From NCBI GenBank assembly GCA_002245135.1, contig NGBS01001191.1, positions 1-57,562 of the forward strand: a DNA stretch of 57,562 nt. The letters are read 5' to 3'. Under the pieces are notes generated by a model. It did no database searches. It worked only from the letters and a program-made list of their open reading frames with translations, and was not told where the DNA came from. The position numbers and the translations under genes are program-made. The stretch's first letter is position 1, and every line of letters starts with the position of its first letter. Below, piece after piece: positions 27,075 through 40,000 of this stretch. Source of the DNA: Proteromonas lacertae (taxonomy: Eukaryota).

Positions 27075-30000
27075 TTGATGTCAAAGAGACAGAAAGTTGA
27101 TAATAATAATGCTACAGTTTTGAGTAATCCAATTAGTAATTCAAGTATTAGAGAAAATCAAATCAATAATAATAATGATGAATATACTGACGTAAAACCT
27201 GTAATGCCTGTAATTGATGTAACAATAAATAATGATATTGAACCACCACCTGGTGCTATGATTAATATTCAACATCCAACATCAACAACAGATGCTACTA
27301 CAATTGAGGATGTAAATAAGGAAATGAATGAAATGAATTTTACAGTTGATAATCCTGATAATATAACAGGTGAACAAGTATTGTCAATATTACAAATGAT
27401 TGCAAATTTGTATATATATATAGATCATTTTTATTATTCTATATCTTATAGTAATCCTCGTTATAAAATTGATACAAGTGGTGCTCCTCATCAACAAATT
27501 CATAAATGTAGTTATACAATACCTGGATGTATGTAAATCATATATATAATTATTGATTTATAGATATTTTGGGTTTAACAAGTAATATTGAATGTAGTGG
27601 CAGTAGTTATCGAAAGCATGAAGCTGAAAGAAATAGTTTAATCAACTGTTACTACAAAATTAAAGTATATAAGAATATTTATCCTTTTTAATGTTGATAG
27701 AAAATCAATCCCAATTTCATTCAAAATTTTATAAATATCTTCAAAACACATAATATAAGAAAGATATTCTCTTTGGCAATACCACAACCAACAATTGTAT
27801 TAAATTCCATTAATGTTATGAATTAGATTAAAATCTTGTCTTTACAGAATTCTCATGTAGTTATAGAGAATGAAGAAAATGCTTTAAATACATCAAATAA
27901 TATACTTAGCAAATTATTCAAATCAAAATTTCCAAATGAAACAGAAGAAAAGAAAAAAGAAAGAAGAAATAACTCATCAAAATCACTTCAAATACATTTA
28001 TTGAACAATAATTCAAATAGTAAAATGGATGAAATAATACAGTCTGTTGCTTTCAAACCAAGTATAAAAATAGAATTTATAATAAAATATATAATATAAT
28101 AATGAAATAGATAACAATGATATATGGTAAAGCTGGAAGTGGAAAATCAACCAAAGTTCCTCAATGTATATTTGAAAAGTGTATATCTGAAGGAAATGGT
28201 GGAGAATGTAATATATGTGTTATTCAACCATCAAGATTAACAGCCATACTTACAGCAAAGCGAGTTGCATTTGAAAGAGGTGAAAGTATTGGTAAAACTA
28301 TCTTTTATCAAACAAAGATGGGTGATTTTAATCCTGATGATAATGGTTCAATTGTCTATATGACTCCTATTATATTTATAAAGAGATTATTATATAATAA
28401 TAATCTTGATGAATTTAGTCATGTTGTAATTGATAATGTTGATAATAGAGATTTATATTCTGATTTTATTTTGGTATATATATCATATAAATATAGTTAT
28501 GCATTTTTTTTAGTATTTAATGAAAATATTATTAAAAAAGAGAAATGATTTAAAACTGATTTTGTTTAGTTCTTTACCACAAATGACATTGTTTCAAGGA
28601 TTATTATAATTGTTATAATCCAGTCATTGAAATGGATATGAAACAGAATGATGTTAGAATAATTTACTTGGAGAACAATAATGATAAACAGCAGGATAAT
28701 AATGATGAAAACAACAATAATTACTATAATAGCAATTGTGATAAAACTCATGCATTGATTAATTATGACAGTATTACAAAGATAATAGAAACTAATTATG
28801 AAGAAGGTAAGATTAATAGTAAAGTATTGGTATTTCTACCAGATATAAACACTATAATGTCATGTAAAAGAGAATTGAATAATAGCAAATACAAAGATAA
28901 ATATGAAATTGAAATATTACATATATCATTTTTTAATATAACGATAATATTTTATATATTTTTCTTAATTATGATTGTAAGAGTATATTTCAGAAGAGAA
29001 TCAAGTAAATCTATTTAGTAGTGAATCAGGAGATAAGATGAAGATAATTCTATCAACTGATATAGCAGAATCACTTATTTCAATTAATAACGTTGATATA
29101 GTTATAGATTCATGTTTAACAAAACGAGAATTATTTGATATAGAGAATGGAGTATCAAAATCAACAATACAATATGCAGATAAATCAAAACTATACAAAA
29201 GAATATGTCAAATACATAATAATAATGATAATAATGGGGTTTGTTATAGATTAATATCAAATCAATGTTTTGAAGAATTGCCTGAATTTTCTCCATCAGA
29301 TATTACTTGTAGTTTAGTTGATGAAATATGTTTATATATTTTAGCATTTGATTTAGGAAATCCAATTTATGTAATGAATAAAATGATTGAAGTAACACCT
29401 GAAGAATTAGTGACATTTTCTTTAGATAGACTTATTTCATTAAGAGCAATACATAGAAATGATCAATTAGTTTATAATATACTTCCACTTGGTTATAGTT
29501 TAGTAGCATTACCTCTTACTCCATCAATAAGTAAGATGTTGTATTTATCATCCATATTTCACTGTATGTCTATTTCTTTGATTATTATTGGTATTATTAC
29601 CATTGGCGATGTTTTTATATATGATGATAAAATGATAAGAGATATAAGAGACAAGTATAAATATCTTTTATTATATTGAATAGAAAGTTTAGTTTTTGTA
29701 AAGAGAATTACAGCGATCTTATTTGTTCGGCTTATGCTTATAAAGTTTGGAAAGCTAATAAAAGTGTAAGTGAGAAAGATGAAATAGAGTTTTGTAGTAA
29801 TAATTATTTAAATATTGATGTATTAAGGAATATTGAATCATTTGTAAATGATATGGATAATTTATTTACTCAACTTGGTTATAAATCATCATCATTATCA
29901 TCATCAACAGATATAGATGTATATAATTGTTATAATTAATATATATATATATATATATATACTTCATTTAGAATGAAAGTGAATATTTATTGAGTCAATC

Positions 30001-30516
30001 ATTGTTGTGTGTTGCCTATTATTCAAATACTGTTCAACATATTACTGTATTGATTTATTCATATTTATTCGTTCTTTAGAAAGACATTTATCAATCTAAT
30101 GGTGAGAAGCATTTAATATTATCGAAATACTCTTGTTTAAAACATAAGGTATTTAATCAAAAACAAAACACTTATTATTTATATTCAGTATATTATTATA
30201 TAAATCATATGTTGAATAATAGATATGTGAAGAAAATGGATATAAAAATGTATGTCAATTATCGAATGTAAGACCAATATCAATGGCTATTTTTGGATGT
30301 GATTTTAAACAATACGATGAATTCTATAAATTGTGTCTATTAGATGATTGGATTCTTCTTAGATGTGATGAAATGACATTCAATTTAATCAACACAATCA
30401 AAAGTCAAATTGATACATTTTTGGATGAATATATAAACAATAAATTAGATGAAGAAAAAACAACACCTACAAATACTCTTACAGACATTTTCTTAACATT
30501 ATTGAAATATGTGTAA
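25986..30516 (+). CDS. dsRBD-containing DExH-fold (DHX9/DHX30-like) helicase with degenerate catalytic motifs
   Basis: Three dsRBD-like segments (GPPHNPMF, GPSHDLTH, GAPHQQIH); GKAGSGKST; QPSRLTAI..AKRVAFERGE; LVFLP; STDIAESLISI; HA2-like LGYSLVALP; about 11 introns. Confidence 0.85.
28923..28980 (+). other. U12-type (minor) intron, AT-AA, 58 nt
   Basis: Donor ATATCATTTT, branch TTTCTTAAT. Removal gives ILH|EYISEENQVNLF, the same spacing as DExH-family LHSxIxxEEQxxVF. Confidence 0.75.
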
Positions 30517-30588
30517 TTCTTTGTTTTTTATTGTTCAAATAAACCCAATAAACAAAATATAATAACTCAAACATTTATTAATTAAGAA

Positions 30589-31818
30589 TTATCCCATTTG
30601 TTTTCTTGGAATCTTGTTATCAAAGTAATCAACAACAAATTGTTTCATTTTATCATATTCCATAGCTCCATCATATTCATAATAAGCACCATCTTGTAAT
30701 ATATCAGTTACAAACAAAGCTGGTGTTTTTGTGATATGAGTCAATCCTCTAATTTGTTCAGTTACTTTATTCTCTACATTACCAATAATAAAGGCAGCAC
30801 TTTCTCTTCTTAATTCACTAGCAATCTTCTCAAATCCACTCTTAATCTTCTCATCATTACCAGTAATACAAAATACACATGGTTTTTCATTAATAGCCTT
30901 TGGATTGCTTGTTACATCGAATACTGGTGCTGGAATCCATGGATATCCGTCTGGTTCAGCAACCATAGCATCTCTACCATCAAATCTTATTCTATGTCCA
31001 TTTTCATCAAATAAGCAAACACAAGGAATGGTTTTAATACCTTGACTATTGTATAATGGATCACGTCTCTTATCTCCGAAGGGAATAGCGTATGTTCCCA
31101 TATGACTGAAGTAATCTAAGAAGGGTTGTTCTTCTCTATCTCGAGATACCCACACAATTGGGAAATCTATTCCTTTTTCTGTTAATTTATTATGTATTTC
31201 GACTAAGGTTGGTGTGAAACCTCTGCAAGATGGACACCAACTTGCTGAGAAGTATAATCCGAAGATTTTGCCTTTCAATATGTCAGATTTGATTATGGTC
31301 TTGTTGGCGTCTTTGTATAAGTCACCTTCTAATAAATCATAGATTGTCTTCTTGCTCCAAGGATATTCTGCAACATCTGGATCTTCAGCAATCATTGATC
31401 TAGCATTTTCATTGATTAATTCACCATCTGGTCCAAGCATGACTAATGTTGGAATGCCAGTGACATGGAACTTAGCATTAAGTGCTTTTCTGACATCTTC
31501 TTTTTCGTATGGAATTGCTAACCAAGGCATTTTTCCAAAGTATTCTTTAAAGCCTTCCATATCATTATCCCATGAACAGAATACAACTTCGAAATTTTTG
31601 CCAGCAGCTTGTAATTTTGCATAAGCAGCTTTTAATAATGGCGTAAATTGTCTGCATGGACCACACCAGATAGCTCTACATGAATAAAATATTTAATCAT
31701 ACGTGAAATAGATACCAACATATGTTTTAGGTAGCTTTTCAGCTGTCTTGTATGTTTTACCACTAGCATCAATTAATTCTGGTCCTAATAATGCTTCGTA
31801 TGGGTTAGGAGCTGACAT
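30589..31818 (-). CDS. NXN: Nucleoredoxin/tryparedoxin-like multi-thioredoxin protein
   Basis: GIYFTAIWCGPCRQFTP and GLYFSASWCPSCRGFTP; MPWLAIPY; one 27-nt intron. Confidence 0.9.
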
Positions 31819-31979
31819 ATCTTAATAAAATTCTAAAAGAAATTCTTAAATCTTCTGCAAGAAAACTGAAGAATTTTACATACAAATACATGTCATTTAC
31901 ATGGTTGGTTATTTTTATTTTTTGAATTTTCATCAGCTAATAACAAATACAACATGCAAAATGCAAATTAATTAACGTA

Positions 31980-33539
31980 TTAAAAGCTAAGAAGGTTCAT
32001 AGCATTATGAAGAACTTCACCTTGAATTGTTTTGTTACTGTCGTAATTCTCACCATCTATATCAAGATAACTTCCTTTCACTGATAATCTATATGCAAGG
32101 GCATGAATAACTTCTCCATTTCCATAGCTCAATACTTTCTCAAGTTTATCTTTAGTATTATCACCTAATTATACAAATTAAGAAATAACAATGTATACAT
32201 ATATATGCATAATAATATATTCAAAAAAAAGATATGATAATAAATAAATTCAACAACTCCAGACTTTTACAGTTTTTAACCATATAAATAGTAAAATAAC
32301 CTTCATTCATTTTAGTTTTTGGATCAACAGACATATCAACACTGAAATAAGAACTTGTCAAACTCAAAATACCAATAAAATTACCTTCTTTTCTAACCCA
32401 TCTACTATCATCATCAGGGATAGGTTGATTAATATCTGGTAAATACTGATACTTTGGTTTATCTTCATTATTAGATGGATTGAATGGAGGAATTACAGTC
32501 TTTTCATCATATGGTAAATAATATATAACACCTTCATAAGATCTTAATCTAAATAATGCATTATAAATACTCTAATAAAAATAAATAATAAATAATAAAA
32601 TATAAATATACAATAACTGGAAATCTAGTACTTCCCATCCATCTCATTCCTTCACTCTCAAAATCAGTATCAGCAATAAAACCCCATAACATTGCCAGTA
32701 TTGAATAAAATTGATTATTTTCTACATTCATTAATGTCAAATCTCTAGGTTTGACTTTTCCTCTAACACAATACAATGTAGCTGTATCTACATCGACAGA
32801 TTGATTATTATCATTTAAAATCGTACAAACTATTCCACAACCAGATCCACCTAATAAACAACCAATTGGAATTTTGATACATTCTTTCCAATCATCTTTT
32901 CTATTCATTATTCCATTTACAAATTCATGAATCATTCCATCTCCACTACATATTAATATTTCATCATATTTTTCAGGTTTGAATTCTTTTTCTGCATAAT
33001 TTCTAGCAAAATCTGCAGAGGTTGTGACTATTTCTTCGTATGTTAGAAATGCATTGTCTAATACTGGTTTTATTCTTACATTATATTTCTTTAATGTTTT
33101 TCCATCACCTCCTATTGGATTGATTAGTAATAATGCTTTTCTTTTCAATGAATTATAGTTCTTTATTGGATCATCATTTTCTATATCAAATACTACTTTA
33201 AAAAAAAGTTTGACAAAATCTAACAGGCACTTGTAATTTTCATCTTCCTTACCATCAAAAACAAAACTGTCTACATTCATTACTCTTTTTTTACCTTTAA
33301 ATACAAAACTGAATATGTCTATAGTGAAAATTGTTTCTCGATTTCCGTTTATTGTAATATTAAATAGATCAATTGTCTTGTAATGTAAGAACATCTTTTC
33401 AGAATTGCTAAAAATAGTTATACTATCAGGATTTAGAACTATTTTCTAAAATGTAAAAGTAAGCAGATAATACTGAATCATTATTATTATATTTCCCAAT
33501 TATCATACATTCATTTCTAGATTTAGGCACTTCTGCCAT
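31980..33539 (-). CDS. Sphingosine/ceramide kinase (DAGK catalytic domain family)
   Basis: INPIGG, SGDGMIHEFVNG, GGSG, WGFIADTDFESE.MRWMG..RF, IDGE. Confidence 0.9.
32169..32235 (-). other. U12-type intron, probably AT-AA, 67 nt (acceptor less certain)
   Basis: Donor ATATCTTTTT, branch ATTTCTTAAT. Ending at ...GTATAA keeps the frame (LFII|LGDNTK...IDGE); the AG 4 nt further is out of frame. Confidence 0.65.
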
Positions 33540-33544
33540 TGTCA

Positions 33545-33577
33545 GCTTCAAAAAATCAAAATTAGATTTTTTGAAGC
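33545..33577. repeat. Perfect 13-bp inverted repeat in the sphingosine kinase/TAF13 divergent promoter
   Basis: GCTTCAAAAAATC-AAAATTA-GATTTTTTGAAGC. Confidence 0.85.
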
Positions 33578-33638
33578 ACAAACTTATTCGAGCTTTTCAT
33601 TTCACAAGCCAAACTTATTTTATTTTATTATTTTATTC

Positions 33639-34040
33639 ATGAACAGAGATTGTTTATACGAATATGAACCTTATCATCCATATCTAGACTTGAGTAGATA
33701 TGATTTATCAGCAGATGGTATTAATATAAAGTATAAATCGTCTTAGTAAGAGAAATGATGTATGGATTTGGAGATAATGTTCAAACTATACCTCAAACTG
33801 TTAATTTAATGGAAGCAATAGCAAAGGATTATTTACAAACAATAGTATTGATGAATTGAATTATTTTGATAGATAAATAAAACATTTGATCAATTAGAAT
33901 GTCGTGGTGGAAAATTAGATGAAGAAGTATTCCTTTACACAATTAGAGATGACAGAGAGAAATTTGAAAGAGCAAAATATTTGTTGTTTGAAAGTAAAGA
34001 CATTAGATCAGCAAGAAATGAGGTACCAGATGATGACTAA
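33639..34040 (+). CDS. TAF13: TFIID subunit TAF13 (not in the ORF track; 2 introns)
   Basis: Spliced reading VREMMYGFGDNVQTIPQTVNLME...GKLDEEVFLYTIRDDREKFERAKYLL. Confidence 0.85.
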
Positions 34041-34068
34041 ATTAATTTATAAATTATAAAATATTTAT

Positions 34069-34575
34069 TTATATTCCTTGATAAAAGATTTCGTATTGTG
34101 GAACTCTGTTCTTTGGAATTGGTGATTCAACAATGTACTTTCCATACAAGCCTCCTTTATATATAACTTCGACTAGATCAATAAAATCTTGCTTTATTTG
34201 AAAGGCACCTATCCATTTTGTATGATCTTGAGTTCTAAAATCAACTTTTATATGTCTTGCATTGAAAAAGAAAACTGTTGCTGGTATTAGTGTTATATCG
34301 AAATATTGAATGTATAATGGTATATCATCTGCTTCTACAACACAGATTCTTGCCATTTTTGATAAAACATGTGAACATTTTGCTAACTATATTGGTTATT
34401 ATTAATCAACTATACAATGTCATCCTGTTCCATACACACTGGATCGTCTTCTTTACCAAATCTCAAAACTAATACCTATAATATAAAAATTTTCGAGATA
34501 TACTTTATCTTCTGTTGTTCTTATAGCTCTGTCAACTTCTTCTTTCGTTTTCAACCTCTCTAGACGTGAAACCAT
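34069..34575 (-). CDS. TXNL4B: Thioredoxin-like 4B / Dim2 (minor spliceosome tri-snRNP paralogue of Dim1)
   Basis: KEEVDRAI...KVLVLRFG..DPVC...DDIL, YIQYFDITLIPATVFFFN, DHTKWIGAF..KQDFIDLVEVIY, IVESPI...PQYEIFYQGI. These are Dim2-type rather than Dim1-type motifs. Confidence 0.9.
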
Positions 34576-34599
34576 GAAAAAAACAAAAAATGAATGAAA

Positions 34600-34612
34600 A
34601 TTTTCGCACCGA
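34600..34612 (+). promoter_or_regulatory. Candidate promoter motif ATTTTCGCACCGA in the TXNL4B/kinase divergent promoter
   Basis: Exact match to the reverse complement of 18054-18066. Confidence 0.4.
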
Positions 34613-34633
34613 GAATATCTGTTTTTCTGATAA

Positions 34634-35856
34634 ATGGGTAATTGCTTAAATGATGGTGATTATGATAGTGTAGAGAATCCACAATGCAAGTATATTTCAA
34701 CATATTTTATTAAAATGAGGCCTGTGTCTATTAAAATCAAAGAAGGAGTTATAGTGAGAGTGTATAAAAATATTATTATGATTATAATTAGTAAATCGAT
34801 GAATGATTTTTATGAATTCAAGAAAGAAATAGGAAAAGGAGCAACAGGATCAGTGTTTTTGTGTATAGAGAAGGGAGTTGGTATGAAAATTATAAAATTT
34901 TGTTACTATAAAATAGGTCACAAATATGCAATTAAAAAAATGCTAAAACCACAAAAGAAGAAAAAAGAATTTCAAGACACAATAAAAAATGAAGAGATTC
35001 TCTCATCCTCTGTATTATAATAAGTAATTATAAAACTTAGTTATTTCATCCAAATGTAATAAAATGTTATGGATGTTATAAAGATGATAATTATTATTAC
35101 ATCATACAGGAATATGCTCAAGGAGGTGATTTATGTGATTTTGTAAATAAAACAGATGGAATATCAGTATCAGAAACAAGACAGATTATAAGGACGTTAT
35201 TATTTACAATAGTTTATTGTCATTATAATGAAATCATTCATAGAGATGTAAAACCAGAAAATATATCATTTTTATATAAAATCTAAAAGATTTCTTTAAT
35301 TATTATTTTTTGTTACATACTATTAACAAGAAGAAATGATATTGATTCAATTAAATTAACAGATTTTGGATTAGCATCTCTAAAAGTAGGAAATGAAGTA
35401 TATATATATTATGAATTTGTTTTTTATCTATAATAGAATACAAGTGGTATATGCGGTACACCAGAATATATTGCACCTGAAATACTTCAAAATTCATCCT
35501 ATAATTACAAAGTTGATATTTGGTCAGTAGGAGTAATAACATACTTTTTGATATGTAATACAAATCCATTTATTGATTCTAAATTTAAAAATAAAATTGC
35601 ACCATTGTTAAGAAATATATGTAGAGGTGCTTATAATTTGAATAATCCCAAATTGAAAGATGTTCCTAAATCGTTGAAGAAATTTATCAAGTTTTTGCTT
35701 GTACTTGATCCTTCTAGAAGGCCAACAGCTGACCAAGCATTACATCACGAATTTATGCTAGAAGATTTTGAAAATCTATCTGGTGATGCTACTACTGATA
35801 TAGTTGAATATAATTGGATGATAATCAGAAGATATCAGACTAGACAGAGATGGAAG

Positions 35857-35897
<41 letters not shown>

Positions 35898-35971
35898 CAT
35901 AGTTGGCAATATCAATTCGTTTCTGTGTAAGTTTATTGAAGAAATTTCTTATACATATTGTTATTCATTAG
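34634..35971 (+). CDS. CAMK/CDPK-group Ser/Thr kinase with an MGNC acylation motif and no visible EF-hands
   Basis: IGKGATGSV, YAIK, HRDVKPEN|ILL, DFG, CGTPEYIAPE, DIWSVGVI; about 7 introns. Confidence 0.9.
35263..35316 (+). other. U12-type intron, AT-AC, 54 nt
   Basis: Donor ATATCATTTT, branch TTTCTTTAAT, acceptor TTAC. Removal exactly restores the kinase motif HRDVKPEN|ILL...DFG. Confidence 0.92.
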
Positions 35972-36132
35972 ATAAATTTAATAGTAAATAAATACTTTTT
36001 CTTCCTTCATTGGTATGTTTTTAAGTATTAAAAGAAAACAAATAGAGTTTCTCGCAAGTTTTAAACACATTTTTATTTTATGGTGTGCCAAAACATACTC
36101 CATACACCCAATATTTGAAAAAAGACAGTTAG

Positions 36133-36996
36133 ATGTCTTTTATCGACCGAACCTCAGTTGAGCTTATGAGCTCTCTAGATCCAAGCCCATTTAGTGATTT
36201 GGATCCTAGTTTGAGTATATATTATCACAAATAACTCGTAGATGATAATTTTCAAGTCGTTTATGAAAGAGAATGTCCATTTCAAATTGAAGCAGTATTT
36301 AACTATTCATTGCTATGCATTTTAGAGAAGAGTATCGAATCAAGGATCATTAGAGAATTTTTCTGTCAAAATATTAGTTCAAGTATATCATTTTATAAAT
36401 TTATAATATGTTCTAGATAAATGATAACACATTACAAGTTGTAAAAATTGAATTAATGAAAGAACAAGATTTGTTTTTTCATTATACTTATTCTTGTGCT
36501 TATACCGATTTTCAACTTCTTCAAAAGGATCAGAAACTAACAATAGGTTTTGAAGATTATCCAAATCTATTGATTAAAGTAATAAAAGACTGTATTGCCT
36601 CTCCAATGGAGTATTAATACACAATCTTATTTATTAATAGTCATTTGGCAATATTATCTCATGATGATTCACTTTTACATGCTAAATTTGTTAGAAATAT
36701 GGAATTTAAATATGTTGAACTACTATCTATTGATTTTCTTCCATCACCTTTAGATTATGTCAAAAGAATTGTTACATATAAATATAATACTGCAAAAGCA
36801 TCTTTATTAATATCACAGACAAAGCTTTATGTATATTGATTTATGCTTTTATTCATTTTAATAGGAATTAATGAATATAGTGAAAAATAAAAATCCATCG
36901 TTATTGCATTTCATGAAAGCATCACCTGCTGCTGGTATTCCTCAGACAATGAACAATACAGCTTCTTCATTTAGAATAGCTTCTAAACAGCTTTAA
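36133..36996 (+). CDS. SAS6L: SAS6-like protein (SAS-6 head domain with a short coiled coil)
   Basis: KIEL..EQDLFFHY, QKL...F.DYP, NMEFKYVELLS, TYKYN, IVKNKNPSLL; 5 introns. Confidence 0.85.
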
Positions 36997-37092
36997 ATTT
37001 ATATTCTTTGTGTTATATTGAATTAAAATCATTTTTCTTTTCAAAAACACAAAATAATTGATAAAAAAACGAATAGTTTAAATTAATTACAT

Positions 37093-40000
37093 TTATTCTT
37101 TTGAATTTTGTACAACTTCATTAGATTTACTAACAATAAGAGTTTTCTCATGAACTACGACAGTATTGCTAGTTCCAACTTTCAAAGTACCTCCACTTAA
37201 ATAACTATCTTTACTTTCAGATTTATTAGATCTATTAGATGTGTCAGATTTATAATCAAGTGATGCAGGAGTAAATATTCCTTTTATTTGTGGCAAAGTG
37301 GTAGAATCTGATGGTGTTGCATATAGATATTGACTATTCTTACCCAATCGAGACATTTTCCCTTCTTCTTCTTTCCCAGAAGATCCTTTTGATTTAGACA
37401 TATCCAATTTTTCACCTTTTATCATATACTTACTTGAAACTAAAGATGCAGTGGAAACAACACTATGTCTGGCTGGTGGACCACCATTCTGTAATGTTGT
37501 ATGTAAACTATGCTTTATATATGTAGAATTACTTTCACTAGCAACCAAATAAGCACTACCATTTGATTGATCTGGTTTTAAAATATTCTCATATAATGAA
37601 GTATTTATTTGCCTTGGTTGTAGTTGTTCTACTTGTGAATTTCTTTGGATTGATGATTTTATTAATTTAGTATTTATATTAACATGAACCATATCATTAT
37701 CACCTTTAGTTGCTGTTGTTGGAATTCTATGCTTATTTGCATCCTTTATTACTTTCTCATTTGTTACTGTTATTGGAGATTTACAAACTGAGTATTCGTC
37801 AGATTCACCAGAATTAGAATCTTTTGCATTTCTAGTATTTAAATAGTACAAGTAAATCTTCTGTCCAATAATAATGACTGATATTAATGTAGCAATTAAT
37901 GATATTCCCATTCCCAAAATAATCACTTTCATGTTATAATCATTTAGATAAATCAATGTTGGTGATATTACTAATACTCCAAACATTAAAAAATATATAT
38001 TAAGGAGTTATAATAGGCAATGAAAAGTCAAAAAAAAAGATATATATTAATATAGAAGAGTAAGTGATACTCATTGATTCATTAAACTCATAATCAGCAT
38101 TTCTTAGTCTGAAACTCGTATAAAGTAACATTAAATAGAATATCACTAAAAACAATGCTGCAACTACTACACAAACTATATTGTAAGAACAATCTTTAGT
38201 AATTACATTCCTTGATATATTTGTTTGAGATTCATCAATAGTTGTACTTATTCTAATAAATAAAAATAACAATTATAATATTAATACTCTGCTGGAAAAG
38301 AAAATGTCCATATTGTAAGATAAACAGTATAAACAATCACAATCACGATTATATTGTAAATCAAATCAAATGGTGAAACTGTTACTCTTTTTATTCCTGT
38401 ATTATTCAACACTTTATGAACTTTCCATATTTTAATAAACAGAGTTGAAAGAATAAAACATACAGATAATAGTAAATGAGATAGTTGAGCACTACAGGAT
38501 AATGGAGTATCTGCAAATGAAACAATGGATAATCCTGCTAAAGAAAGAGAAATTGAACCAAGTATAACCATTATACAAAAAGAAGCAAAAGCTCTTCTGA
38601 TTATTTTTGATCTTCTTTTCCATATGATAAATATTGCAAAACATAGATTAATTATTATATTAATTGCAATAAATAAATATAAAAAGATAGTAACTGTATT
38701 GGAAACTTCATATAACACAGTAGGAGGTCCAAAATAAGGTAATTCTATATTTTCACTTCTATAAACAGTTGAATAAGTGTCAATTACTGAAATCGTTAAA
38801 TGATTATTTATTACTCCAAAATAAAAATCAATTTTCACTTCATTTGATGTATCAAGTATTGCATTTAATCCATAATTCACAAAACTAGTCTTATACAACA
38901 AATACCTAAATAACTCATAATCAACATCTTTTATATCACCATATTTTTCTTTATACAGTTTTATTCCATGAGAAATTAAGTTCATTGACAAAGATGACGA
39001 ATAAACAATTCCATTGGTTTTCATTTGACCAAATGAATTTGAATTCATAGTTTGTTGGTAATGTCTCATAAAGGAATTAATTGGCATGTATGAAAAAGTT
39101 ACATATTGTTTTACTAATATGTCTTGGTAATCTATCATTGTATCATAACTGGGAAACATAAATAACATTTGGCTAATTGATTTTTTTAGACCTACATTAT
39201 CATATGTAGTTATAATATTTCTAATACATTCATTATTCACCAACATTACGATTACTATATATATATATATATATACATATAACTATTGAATATTTATACT
39301 TAAAATTTTCTCATTTGTTATTAGATATCTACGAAAAATCTGTGATAGAATCTCTTCAGTTTTTGAACAAATATCAATTTCTGCAGCATCAACAACTACA
39401 TTTGTATTATTTAATTCACTTTTCAATAAACTACATGTAGAAAATATTAAGATTAACTTCAAAAAATTATAGAAAAAAAAAGATATATTGGACAGCTTGG
39501 CATAGAAATCAGCAGTATTTTATTTATGAATAATTTGGCAAGCTGATCACTTATTATATCACTTACAACACTATCAATCAATGATAATGAAATGATATTA
39601 GATTGTAACATTGTTTCTTTTGTAGCAGCTGCTAATGAAAAGAGAATTGTTTTATTGAAATCATATCTTACTGCTTCTAAATGTGATGGCATTAAAAATG
39701 TAATAAATGCGAAATATTTCTCCTGATTCTCTACTAAAATCAATTTCAATTCATCAATTGTTTTGTATTTCTTACTATATAACACATAATTGTTGGTATA
39801 AATATCCTCCTTGTTAATCTCATTAATTTGATACAAAAATGCTAAAAATGCATTAATACCAATCTCATAATCATCTTCTGAAAAGACAAACAAGAATTTT
39901 ATCTGATCAGAATTAAATGAAACACTTTCGACATTAAACATACACTTTTGATCACTTAAATATGGATCAAAATTATAAGCAAATATTGGACTGTCTTGAT

